Below, piece by piece: positions 13,701 to 25,700 of a stretch of DNA of 64,000 bases. Made by a program: the position numbers and the translations under genes. The stretch's first letter is position 1. Each line of letters opens with the position of its first letter. The notes under the pieces were generated by a model, which did not search any database, had not been told where the DNA came from, and saw nothing but the letters and a program-made list of their open reading frames with translations. This DNA is from Catajapyx aquilonaris (Eukaryota). Location: assembly GCA_000934665.2 (NCBI GenBank), contig JYFJ02001715.1, positions 1 to 64,000 of the forward strand, given 5' to 3'.

Positions 13701-16700
13701 CATAACGCAATTTCCAGCTAATGATTGGGAGCCATGAAGAGAGGCAACCCTCCCCATCTCGTGACAAGAATAAAACATTTCGTTCGTTGGGCTGGATAAG
13801 TGGTCCAGTGCAACCGTTGCATCTCTAAGTACTTTTTATGCACAGGTTTTTTGGGGGTGGCACTTTTGAGACACACTGTGGCCTTCCTTTCAGAAGAAAT
13901 CACATTGATTAAAAAATAATATTGAAATTATTATTGAGAGATAAAAATACATTGGGTTGTGTCGGGGACAAAACGCTTTTCTGTAACGCTCGGGTTTGCC
14001 TGCATGCCCCCTGATCTGATTTTAAAGACGTATCCACGTCAAAAGTATCATCAAATCACGCTCCTTTGCTGATCTTGTAACAATGTGTGTTTCCAGGTGA
14101 TAGCAGCAGCAGGTCCGATCCACGTGGTCTTCTTCACAACAGTGGTCTTCTTCGGTTCGTTCTATTTGGTCAACCTGATGTTGGCTGTAGTAGCCATGAG
14201 CTATGAAGAAGAGGCTGAGATCACAGAAGAGGTAATTTCTTCTCTTTGCTTTGTTTCAAAGTTCCTTGAAGATCGATTTTTAGTCTTGCAGTAGAATCTT
14301 CCCTCCTGCTTTTTTTCCCCCAGAAAAAAAAAGTTTTGTGACATTAATTCCCGAGCAAACAAGCTCAAGTCGCATCAATTATTCGCGAACTACACGGGAC
14401 TGATTGCTCGTGTGGGGATTTCATTCGAAAAGAGCAGGCGTGAAGTTATCCATCAGAGTTTTTTTTTCCAAGTCTTGCATGCGTTGTTGTGGTGTTTTCA
14501 AACCTATATTTAAATTGTGGCACTTGGTACTTCCTAGTAGACGGTTAGTCTCTAAGGTGCTGTTGCAGAGCTATCCAAAAAACAAATTTCAGATGGAAAG
14601 AGTCAGAAAGGTGTTTCTGGCGCTTTTTATCATTGTTTACAACTATTAACTAACTATTCTGGCTCTTTAATGGTTAATAGCATATCATTGTTGGTAGAAC
14701 TTCTTTTCAATGCTATAAACAACGCTACGATTAACAAGTTTTTCTGGCTTTTTTTCAAAATTGTTAACAATGATTAACAAACTCTTCTGACTCTTCATGC
14801 TTAACAACTCTTCTAATATTTTTGCTAGCACTTTGTTAACAATAACGATTAACGAACTTTCCTGTCTGTTTTCGCTTGTTGTTGACACTGATTAACAAGC
14901 TCTTCTGGCTCTTTTACGGTTCATACCTTTTGTCATTGTTGCTAACAGCTCTTTTCATAGTTATTAACAACGAGTAACAAGCTTTTCTGGCTTTTTCATT
15001 GTTGTTAACAGTTCTTGAACTCTTAATGGTTATAAGCTCTTGTCATTGTTGCTAACCAGCTACTTTTAACTGTTGTTAACTGCGATTAACAAGCGTCTCT
15101 GTTTATTCATTGTTGTTAATATTGATTAACAAACTCTTCTGGCTTCTTTTATGGTTTAGCGCTTTTCATGACTGCTACTGTTCGCTACTGTTAAAACAAG
15201 TTATTTTCAAGCTGGAAATTGTTTTCAGATAGTTCTGCAACCGAATTATTATTTTAGAGAGTCACTGATGTTATTCTAATGTGGCCGGGAAAGTGTGGGA
15301 ACATCATATCAGAAAACATGAGAGGATATGCCTAACGCGACCCCCTTAGACCTCATCAAAATCTCAGGAGCGCAAGAAGGATCTGGTTGACCACAGGGAC
15401 GACTCGACGTTCAGTTTCGACCCTAGCAATCTGAAGAACGTGCAAGTTCTTGAGAAGAAGCCTAAGCGTCGGGCGATGGTCACGAGGCACTTCCTGTTGC
15501 TGACCCAGTACCCGAGGAAGAAGTTCAAGAAGCGCAAGAACGCGAGGTCATCCGGTGGGTCAACCAGCACGGGCAGTGGTCAACAGGAGGAACCGCAGAG
15601 GTCACCCGACATCCGAAGTACGGGTTCGCCGTACGGTGGCCGGTTGGCTGTCCATCGTCGTGGGTCATCCATGCACGGAACAGAAGTGGTGGTTACCGCT
15701 CCAAGCGACAAGTCCTCCGAGCAGCCGACCCCTGACCCATGTCCGTCCGGGTCAGCTGCTGAGGAGGTCATAGTCGAACCTCCACCACCAAGTCATCCGG
15801 TTCTACTGAGCGTCAAGCCCGTCCGAGTTTCCGGCGAATATCCGGATAGCGAGTCCTCATCATGCCCCGCTCCGACCAATAAGAGCTTGGTCTCCGCCTC
15901 TTCCGGCAAAGGCTCCACCAATCAGAGCAGCTTCGAGGAGGCGAGCGATAGGACACTTCCGTGCTCCTCGCAGATTATCACGGACGAGTCCTTCTCGCTC
16001 GTGTCCGCCTCAAGGCGTAGGCTCAACTATGTCAGTAACGGGTCCTCTCTAGCAGATTCCGGTATGGTGCGTGACCACGACGCTACCGAAGCCGGTTCTT
16101 TAGACGGTACCGCACCCATCCCGAACAGCACCCTCGAGGTAATGCTGGTCGCTGTAAGTTTCCGCTCTTTTCTCTCTTCTTTCTACTTTCCTGCTGACAC
16201 TGCCAAAAGCTGCTGTGCGCTCTTTGTTGTTCGGAACCCACCAAACCATGCCCGTACCTTTCCCTGAACTCGTACGTCCGGTTGCACCACCGCCAGGAAA
16301 CATTTTTCGGCCGGAAAAGTGGCCGGAAAAGTTGGCAGCTGACTTTCCTGGCTCTTTACTGGCAGAAAAATGTTTCCTGGAGGCGGTTCACACATAAAAC
16401 ATTTTCGTCCGGAAAAGTGGCCGGAAAAGTGGCCAGAAAAGTTGGCAGCAAACTTTCCTGGCTCTTTTCCGGAAGAAAATATTGGTTTGCCAAGAAAACA
16501 TTTTTTTTCGGCCGGAAAAAACCCAGAAGTTTCGTATTCATTGGATTGTTAACAAAACTTCAGCCAACCACGAATAAAGAAACTTTCCTGGCACTTTTCT
16601 GGCCGGAAAATGTTTTATTGTTGATCCAGCTCCAGGAAACGATTTTCGGCCAGAAAAGTGCCAGGAAAGTATATTATTCAGTGCTGCCAACACTTCAGCC

Positions 16701-19700
16701 AACCATGAATAAGAAACTTTCCTGATGATAATTTTTCGGCCGAAAATTTTTTTCTTTGTGAAACACCTTCAGGAAATATTTTTCGGGCGGAAAAGAGCCC
16801 GGAAAGTTTTCAATCAATTGTTGCAAAAAATTCTTCCAGCAATGAATAAGAAACTTTCCTGGCACTTTTCCAGCCGGAAATGTTTCCTGGCGGTGGTGCA
16901 ACCGAATTTCCGACTCGCTATGTTTAAGTAGACGTAACATTAATTTTCAAATAATTTGGTGGTCTGGTTGTACCGATTCGGATAACATTTTCCTACCGGA
17001 AAATGGTCGGGAAAGTTATTCCGCTTTTTCTGCTGGAAAGTGTTTCCTGTAGTTGGTGCAACCGAGTCTAAATGAACGTTACTGCGACATGGTAGGATAA
17101 TACACACTCATTCAACCACAGAATGGTACTAGTTGTGTCGCATGGATGTAAATGTTATAAGGTGAAGTGGGGTAAGTGCATACACGGGGTAAGTGCATAA
17201 ACTTGCCGCCATATTGGAATGAAAATGGCTGACGACACCAAAACGCGTCCGTGGATGTTATGTGCAGCTACACGAAGAGTGCCTGATGCGTTTTGGTGTC
17301 GTCAGCCATTTTCAATCCAATATGGCGGCCCGTGTATGCACTTACCCCGTGTATGCACTTACCCCACTTCACCTTACGTTATATTGCGACGTCTAACAAC
17401 TGAAGTGGTTACGTATACAACAGGTGACGCTTAAAATTACACGTCACACCACAGTCACGCTCATTAGACATGAAATTATGACAAACATGTTACGTCTACC
17501 TATACGTAACAAGTGTAAGTCTCCCACCCACCACCAACCAACCCAAAACGATGGCGTACAAATGTTACTGGATTGCTGGCTGGTTGCTCTCTCACACACA
17601 CACGAGTTGTTTTGCTGCTGGTTGCTGATGCTGCTGTGCGTACGTCGTATGCTGACTGACTGACTGACTGAGAGGCATTCACGTTGTGTGTCTCGTAAGC
17701 GTCTGATGGGCCAACGAACCTGTAACGGTTGCTTAATTCTGACCTATTATAATATCTCTCTTATTGCTACCTTCTTGGCTTGCTCTGTTTCCCCTTCCTG
17801 TGCGCTGGAAAACGTCTTGGACCAAAAATGGCGGCTTTCAATATTTAGATTTAACTGCCCAATCGGCGAACTATTTGTACCTTATAACAACAAGTGACAT
17901 CATTTGTGCTTCACAAAACAGTGACGTCAGTTGTGCCTCACAAAATTAGTGGACGTCAGTTGTGCCTCACAAAATTAGTGGACGTCAGTTGTGCCTAACA
18001 AAATAGAGAATATCTCAGGAAAAATTCAGCCGTCACTTACAATGGGTACATACACATCATAAATCATAGTGTTTACCTCATATAAGGGACACTAAAGGGC
18101 AACAATGTGTCCATATGCTAGATGGGAATTGTTGAGAGCTCACTGATAAACTGCAGAAGCGAAGAGTTGCGGCTTGCATGTTGCATATGAACCAGTTTGT
18201 GCCTGAAAAGTCTGCAACACTGCATTCCGCGTCTGCTCTGTATCAGAAGGGCTCCTCAACAATGGGAGGGCGGACAATATTAACAATGAACTGGATAATA
18301 TCAAACGATTTTTCCAGCGCACGACATTCTTCTGTCATCTGTTTTTAGTCTTTTGGTTCTTGGACCAAACTCTCTCTTCTCTCTTTTTTTTAAAAAATAA
18401 TTTCTTTTCACCGTTGATGATGCTGGTCACAACAATGGCAACAAGTAAACTCGTAGGCTTGAGTAACAAACTAAGCGCAAATTCCGCCCAAAATGCATGT
18501 GACTATATAAAAACTTCCGTGTTTTACACGTGACACTGTGTCGTATTGTCGTGTGGAGTTCTCAATCGGCTGTTTGTTTTTTTAACGTAACAATGAAACC
18601 GCATGGTATGTGTTGTCCCGTCCAGTGTCAAACGTTTGTTGGTTTGATTGGCAGCGACTCTATTTTTCGGGGGCATGATTATTACTTGTTTTCTTTTTGT
18701 GACGTGAAATCGATGGAGGCTTGGTCCGTGTTACATGTAGTTGGCCTCAGCTGCATGTAGGATGTACTAACCGGATAAAAATAATCTGCATCATCATCAT
18801 CACACAAAACAATGTTCATATTCTTACAAATCATTGTTCCTTTTGTTAACTAATTAACCGCTCTTTTGTGCAGAGGAATTTAGAAAAGGCTGTGACAGAC
18901 CAAATCATCAAGTGCAATGGGTTGGGGGTGAATGATTACGAGAGGAGAGAACAGGCATACCCTCACGTCATTGTCATAGGTGAGTATGTGTGTGAAGAGT
19001 GGTCCATTGTTGATGTTGAGAGTCGTTGAAAGAAGTTGTTGAGAGTCGTTGAAAGAAGTTGTTGAGAGTCGTTGAAAGATGATGTTGAAAGAAGTCGTTG
19101 AAAGAAGTTGTTGAGAGTCATTGAAAGATGATATTGACAAAATAATGATGTTGACAGATGACGTTGAAAGGTGTTGAAAGATGATATTGAATGTATGATG
19201 GTGAAATTTGATGTTTAATAATATGTCAGTGTGATTCTGATTGTGTGATATTCGCAGATGAAGTGGTGGATCGGAACCCGGCTTGCTGCGCAGTGTGTTG
19301 TGTCAACTACAAACTTTGGCTTCGCGTACAAAACTCAATGTATATTGTGGTACACGATCCTTTTTTCGACCTCCTTATCATGCTCTGCATCATACTCAAC
19401 ACCATCTTCCTCTCGCTTGATCACCACGGGATGAGCGAGGAACTGAGAGAGATGCTAAGGATAGCCAATCTGGTTAGTCGTACAATATGCTTAAAACCAA
19501 GTCTAAAATCTTAACCTGAACTTGTATTTCGACAGGTATTTACATCTGTTTTCACCGTGGAATGTACTTTAAAAGTGATCGCAACGAGTAAAGCGTTTTT
19601 CACGAACGGTTGGAACATTTTCGACCTGATCGTGGTGGTAGGCAGTTTAGTCGACCTAGGACTTGAAAACCTGCAGGGTCTTTCTGTCCTCAGGATATTG

Positions 19701-22700
19701 CGACTGGTCAGTCTTTGTTATATTGTCCCCAAAAAATTATTATTGTGTACTAAATTATTTATTTCAACAGCTGAGGGTTCTGAAGCTGGCCCAGTCTTGG
19801 ACGACAATGAAGGTGCTTCTAAGCATCATCATCTCCACACTGGGAGCCTTGGGAAACCTAACATTCGTGCTGCTCATTGTGATCTACATGTTTGCTGTGA
19901 TAGGTATGGAGCTGTTCGGCAAGGACTACAGCCCGGAGAATTTTTATCCGGATCCCGTGCCAAGGTAAACCCTATCTAAACAAGGATTACAAACCGTCTC
20001 TAAACCTCTGCTTTTTCTGTCATCAACAGGTGGAATTTCACAGATTTCTTCCACTCCTTCATGATGATTTTTAGGATTTTGTGCGGAGAGTGGGTAGAAC
20101 CTCTGTGGGATTGCATGAGAGCGGAGACTTCCAAAGTGAGAGACTAGTTTTCATTATGCAATTCCCTTCGGATCGACTATGGAGAGCTCCTCCCGTTCAT
20201 TACAACCCCCCGTCTCTATTGCAGGGAACGGGCACTTGCTTTGCAATCTTCATGCCAGCTCTTGTTATGGGCAATTTCATGGTGCTAAATCTCTTTCTGG
20301 CCTTGCTGCTGAATAACTTCAATTCGGAGGAGCTGAGGAACAAACGTGAGGTGAGACTTGATTGTTTTAAAAGTAGATTCAAGGTGAGATGGTTTCTAAT
20401 ATTCTTTGACACTTTAGGAAGTGGAGGAAGCTTCAAAGTTAGCTCAAGGTTTCCAGAGGATAAGAGGGCTAGTTCAGAAGACTAAATCGACCATATCACT
20501 ACACTCAGCTGTTGTGAAGAATGATGGAAGCAGACATATCGAGATTGTTGAGGCCAAACGTGAGACTGAATGTAGCATAGAACAGCCACAATGCGTGGAG
20601 ACTGTTGTTCACACGACGGACTTGGAGCACGTGCCGAGAAGAAGCGATCCTGACGAGGAAGTCGTCAAGACGATCGGATATCAACTGAAAGGTGACTACA
20701 TTTAGTCCCCGCAGTTTCAACCCCGGAATATTCGCCCCCTTTGCATAATTATTCTCATCTAGGGCATTCGACCCCATAAGTATTTTTCTTTCCCAAATTT
20801 TGTCAAGTGTGTGTCCAATTGAGTGTTCGATCGTTTCTCAAAGGGGACGAAATTGTTTCGGGGGCGAATATTCCGGGGGGCGAAACTCCGGGAGGCCATC
20901 TAAGGTCATTAGTTGACACTTACTTTTCCAGCCGGTAGTCAGACCGAAATCATGGAACTACACGATGTACCGAAAGAAGGAGCTCAGGCCACTGCGGCTA
21001 AGGCTGCCTTAAAACCGACCAGTTGGACAGCTCTGACCAATTACGTGGACGAGATAACGCTGGGTACAAAGGTCAATAAGCAGTGGTCAAAGGCGATGGA
21101 GACGCATCGGAAGAGGATCGAGGCTCAGGAAGCGGCTGAAGCCAGAAGAGGAGGCACATTCATTCAAGGAAGGAAGGTCTACAACTGTCTTCCGAACAAG
21201 TGTTACAAAAAGTAAGTTTTTGGGATAAGTCGATGCAACTGGGTGTCTCATAAGTTACGTTTTAGGTCCGACTGTTGGGCCGACTTTGACAAGAGCAAGT
21301 TCGGGGGCTGCTGGTTGCGCTTCCGGTACGCCGTCTTGTTGGTGGTGGACAACCCAATCTTCGAGTGGGTCATCCTGGGCATGATCTTTGCCTCCAGCAT
21401 CACTCTGTGCTTCGAGGACATATATCTGGACCAGAACCCGACGCTCAAGTTTGCGCTGTACTGGACTAACTGGACGTTCGCCATGCTCTTCACCATGGAG
21501 ATGTTGCTCAAGTGGGTGGGGTTCGGGCTATGGGAGTACTTCACTAGTGTCTGGACTGTGCTGGACTTCTTCATTGTCGTGGTGTCCATCGTCAGTCTGG
21601 TCATTGAGGAGAATGCGAACCTTATAGCTTTGCGGTCGCTTCGGACTTTAAGGGCGCTCAGGCCACTCAGAGCCATTTCCAGGTGGCAGGGTATGAAGGT
21701 AAGTCCCTTTCCATATTTATGAAAAACTAGCAGGATACCCGGCTTTCTTGGGTTATAAAATACTGTACTTTTCCATAGCAGTAACTCATTGATGTAACAG
21801 AGTAACTCATTGATGTAACAGAGTAACTCATTGATGTAACAGAGTAACTCATTGATGTAACAGAGTAACTCATTGATGTAACAGCGTCAACAATGACTGC
21901 ATTTCCATTGTTGTAACAATTAGGCCCGCTTTTCTGTCTTTTCGCCTTCTGCGGCCAAGGATGACCTCGGAGGTCAAGTCCAATGTGCTAAAAACATTCC
22001 CCGCTAAAAACTACCCCTAACGATCACCCTGGGGCATATGTCGATGCCTCTGTATTGATTTGCATCGGGAACGTAGACATATGTCTTGAAATGAGTATAA
22101 AATTCATGCGCGAGGCAGGTCCTTTGGTAAAATCTTCCATTCACAGGTAGTGGTGAATGCTCTGATGTACGCGATTCCTTCCATCTTCAACGTGCTTCTG
22201 GTTTGCCTTGTCTTTTGGCTCATCTTTTCCATCATGGGTGTGCAGCTGTTTGGAGGAAAATTCTGGAAATGTGTCGGGACTGATGGTGAAAGACTGCCTG
22301 TGGAGGTGAGTCTTTTATATTGAAATTGTTAAAATGACATGACATGGATCCAATCTTGTTGTCGTTTGCAGGAGGCGGCCAACAAATCCGAGTGTTTTGC
22401 CAAGAACCTGACGTGGGAGAACTCCAAGATCTCGTTCGATCATGTTGGATTAGCATACTTGGCTCTGTTTCAAGTGGTATGTCCACAAGGCAACTTTTTC
22501 GTAGGTCTTTGTACTAACATTGCGATCTTTTAAAGGCAACTTTCGAAGGATGGATGGAGGTGATGGAAGATGCGGTAGATGTCCGAGGGATAGACGAGCA
22601 GCCAGAGCGAGAGGCCAACTTGTATGCGTACATCTACTTTGTTATCTTCATAGTCTGCGGCTCATTCTTCACACTCAATCTCTTCATCGGAGTCATCATT

Positions 22701-25700
22701 GACAACTTTAACATGCTGAAGAAGCAGGTGGGTGTCCTTTAATTGAATTGATTGTTCGACACTACAACCTGTCATCTTTATAGTATGAAGGCGGATTTCT
22801 GGAGATGCTGCTGACTGAAAGCCAGAAGCATTATTACACGGCCATGAAGAAACTTGGGAGGAAGAAGCCGAGGAAGGTGATAAGGAGGCCGAGGAACATT
22901 GTGGCAGCCATTTTCTATGACATTGCTCTTTCGAGAAGGTACATACACTTCTTCTCTTTAAAATTTTTCTCTCTAACGATCTTCAATTCATCAGGTTCGA
23001 AATCGCCATCTTCGTCCTGATATTTCTAAACATGGTGATTATGGGGATCGAACACTATGGACAATCCGAGGCCATCTACTTCACACTTGAGCTGTTCAAC
23101 GCCCTGTTCACCACAGTGTTTGGATTGGAAACAATCGTCAAAATCATCGGTCTCCGTCACCACTACTTCACCATACCATGGAACGTGTTCGACTTTTGCC
23201 TAGTGGTCGCCTCCATATTGGGACTTGTCATGGAGGACCTTATGCAGGACTTTCCAATATCCCCCACTCTTCTCAGGGTGGTTAGAGTCTTTCGAATAGG
23301 TCGGATATTAAGGTTGATTCGGGTGAGTTCTCATTGTAGGATTCCTGTGATCATATTATACTGTTCCATTATCTTTTGGATGATATTGTGTTGTTTGGAT
23401 AATTTGATATTGACTTTAAGGTGATATGCCGTTGCATTCGGCATGATATGACACGGTCTTTCTGGATATGACATGACCACGTAATGACTGTTTGTTTACA
23501 GGCTGCCAAAGGAATACGCAAGCTTTTGTTTGCGCTTGTAGTCTCCCTGCCTGCTCTGTTCAACATCGGTGCCTTGCTAGCTCTCATCACGTTCATTTAC
23601 GCCATATTGGGGATGTCACTCTTTGGACATGTAAAGACCAATGGAGCCCTGGACGACATGGTCAACTTCCAGACATTTGGCAGAAGCATGTTGCTACTAT
23701 TCAGGTCAGTCAATCTGTAAGAATATGTTTATCAAAACAGCTTTTAACTATGGTCATCTTCAGGTTAATGACTGCTGCTGGTTGGAACGATGTTCTGGAC
23801 GCGCTTATGATCCAACCGCCTTACTGCGAGCCGTACCTTCCTCATATTCCTCAAGGCACTTGTGGTCATCCATTGGCGGCTATAGCGTACTTTGTCTCCT
23901 TCATAATCATCTGCTACATGATCGTAATAAACATGTACATTGCAATAATCCTGGAGAACTTCAACGAGGCACATCAGGAAGAGGAGATCGGAATAGTGGA
24001 GGACGACTTGGAAATGTTTTACATCAAATGGTCCAGGTATGATGCACAGGACAGCGTTGAAATGTATACTACTATATGTACTTTTGTTGCAGGTACGACC
24101 CGCAGGCAACGCAGTTCATCAGCTTCGCCCAGATATCCGACTTCATCGCAAGTCTTGACCCTCCTCTGGGCATACCCAAGCCCAACATTGTTGCACTGGT
24201 CAGCTTCGACCTCCCCATATCCAAAGGGGATAAAATCCACTGCCTGGACATCCTTCACGCTCTGGTCAAGCACGTCTTGGGACACGTCGAAGAAACCGAA
24301 GAGTTTAAAAAGGTTAGTCATAAATGTTGGCCGCCCGGCATTGTTGTCATTCGCAAATTTTTTTCACAGCTTCAAGAGCAAATGGATGAAAAGTTCAAGA
24401 AGCAGTTTCCGACCAGGAAGCACCTAGACATGATATCGTCCACTAGGACCTGGAAGAGACAGGACAACGCGGCCAGGACACTTCAGCAGGCCATGAGAGA
24501 CTACGTTCGGTAAGACTTGCTTCTTACGTCACAAGTTGCGAACTACTTTTCAGGAAATGAAATGAAAGAGCGGTAGATATAGTGGAAAGTCATATCGGGA
24601 GATCGGCTGTGTCACAAGTAGGGGCACGCTGCGCTGCACCAACTTACCCCTTGACTTGCCCATGACCTAACTTGCCTTCGCGGCGGATCTTATCCTTCAG
24701 CTGATCCACCCCTATCCTTCAGCGGATCCAACCCTATCCTTCAGTGGCTCCACGCCTATCTTTCAGCAGATACAAGCCTAGGAAAATAGGTAAAAGTACA
24801 GGCTCTCCCGATATGAAAGCGTAGCCGAGATAGTACCTCAAGCTTCCAATCTACAAGAATCTATTTGTACAAATAAATATCGCTTGATATTTTCAGTAAA
24901 AGAAGACTTGAACGGAATGAACCGATCAATGACCCAAGAGAAAGGTGATACTATAGAATGCCCTGGAACACATACTTTCTAACCCAGTCTTTATCTCGCC
25001 CCTTCCAACTATTTATGCCTCTTTATTGCTCATGAATCCACCCCACTCTTAGGCCTAGAATAGGGTATTACCCTGCAGATATAGCGCCGTATACTACTTA
25101 ATAGACATAGTGGCCCAATTAGCTGGATGCTAATAGGAAATTCCTTACTGATGCGGGATTATGTCCAGTGGATTTTAGCCAGCTCTCGCTAATATTCGTG
25201 CGTTGTTTCCATCAGGTTAAAGCGTGAGCGTGAGCGTGAAGCGGCTATGGATACGGAGGATGCTAACACCCAGACGTCCAGTCCGGGTCGAAGTTCTGTC
25301 CGGGCTGGAATCCGGATGTTCCACGAATTCCTGCACTTCGGACACCGTCGCGAGGGAAGCCAGAAGCGACGTGGGAGTATCCTGTCGTTCCGTTCGCGGT
25401 CGCCTTCACGGGCTTCCGTGAGTTCATCAGGCGTACCCGAAACGTGGGAGCTCCGGGAACGATCCGGGAGCGCCACGAGCTTAAGACCAAGTCGGCCCCA
25501 GACACTTGAGATACCACCAGTGCAGTATGGGGGTCGCAGCCCAGGGGCAGGCCCGCTACCCAACCACCAGCCAAAGAGGATCGTCACTAACGACGATGCG
25601 ATTAGCTCAAGCAGCGAGGGCAGTACAAACCCGAGCGATTTAATACTAGCAGACAATAGTCAGCTGGTGTCTAGTAGTATGACAGGTGGTGTCATAGAGA

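Noticed and set aside
23492..24427. 311-aa ORF in the track
   Set aside because: It is a chimera of one true Nav2 exon frame (23764-24036) with intron and off-frame sequence.
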